DNA from: Geosiphon pyriformis uo1
Lineage: Eukaryota; Fungi; Glomeromycota
NCBI GenBank assembly: GCA_016748015.1
Contig: JAAOMT010000786.1
Span: 437,814 to 501,813 of the forward strand
Length of the DNA: 64,000 bases
Direction of reading: 5' to 3'
Both the position numbers and the translations under genes were made by a program. Positions within the stretch are counted from its first letter, which is position 1, and every line of letters starts with the position of its first letter. Shown here in pieces: positions 63,690-64,000 of this stretch. Below the pieces are notes generated by a model. It saw only the letters and a list, made by a program, of their open reading frames with translations, had not been told where the DNA came from and did not search any database.

Positions 63690-64000
63690 ATTTAAAAATA
63701 AATAAAGTAAATTACTATTATTATATTGATTTTTAAACTTATTTAAAGGTAAATAAATCTAATTATTATTATTATTATTATTATTATATTAATTATCATA
63801 ATTATTTAAAAATAAGTAAATTTAATTATTATATTTGTGTGAGTTATTATAATTGTTTAAAAATAAGTAAAGTAAATATTATTATTATATTAATTATTAA
63901 GGTTATTTAAAGATAAATAAATCTGATTATTATTGTTGTATTAATTATTAAGACTATTAAAAAGTAAGTAAACTAAATTATTATTGTTATATTAATTGTT
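63690..64000. repeat. Degenerate ~50-bp AT-rich minisatellite running off the window end
   Basis: Recurring TTATTTAAA(G/A)xTAA(A/G)TAAAxxTAATTATTATT..TATTAATTA units. Confidence 0.5.

Overview
Eukaryotic, very AT-rich fungal DNA, most consistent with Glomeromycotina (arbuscular-mycorrhizal or Geosiphon-type). This assignment is inferred from the TKL kinase family, intron style and TE types. Bases 1-~50,100 form a nested transposon cluster. It holds three related families (here A, B, C) of Ty3/Gypsy LTR retrotransposons with ~0.8-1.0 kb TGTTAC...GTAACA LTRs and 4-bp TSDs, inserted into each other and into decayed LINE-like ORF1 sequences. Their architecture is unusual. One long ORF runs N-terminal helical domain - Gag - zinc knuckle - protease - Cys-rich (multi-CxxC) domain - dUTPase - RT - RNase H and ends at a conserved stop. 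Integrase then appears to be a separate ORF, and an extra 3' ORF of unknown function abuts the PPT. Nearly all copies are inactivated by massive C>T/G>A transitions in all dinucleotide contexts (RIP-like). Two junctions with non-matching flanks indicate inter-element recombination or misassembly. After an extremely AT-rich spacer come two divergent host genes: a 3-exon TKL protein kinase (- strand) and a BRCA2/Brh2 orthologue (+ strand). The BRCA2 gene has a recent 138-bp tandem expansion of BRC repeats and an apparent frameshift in the tower region. Two N gaps lie at 3680-4220 and 57634-58581.
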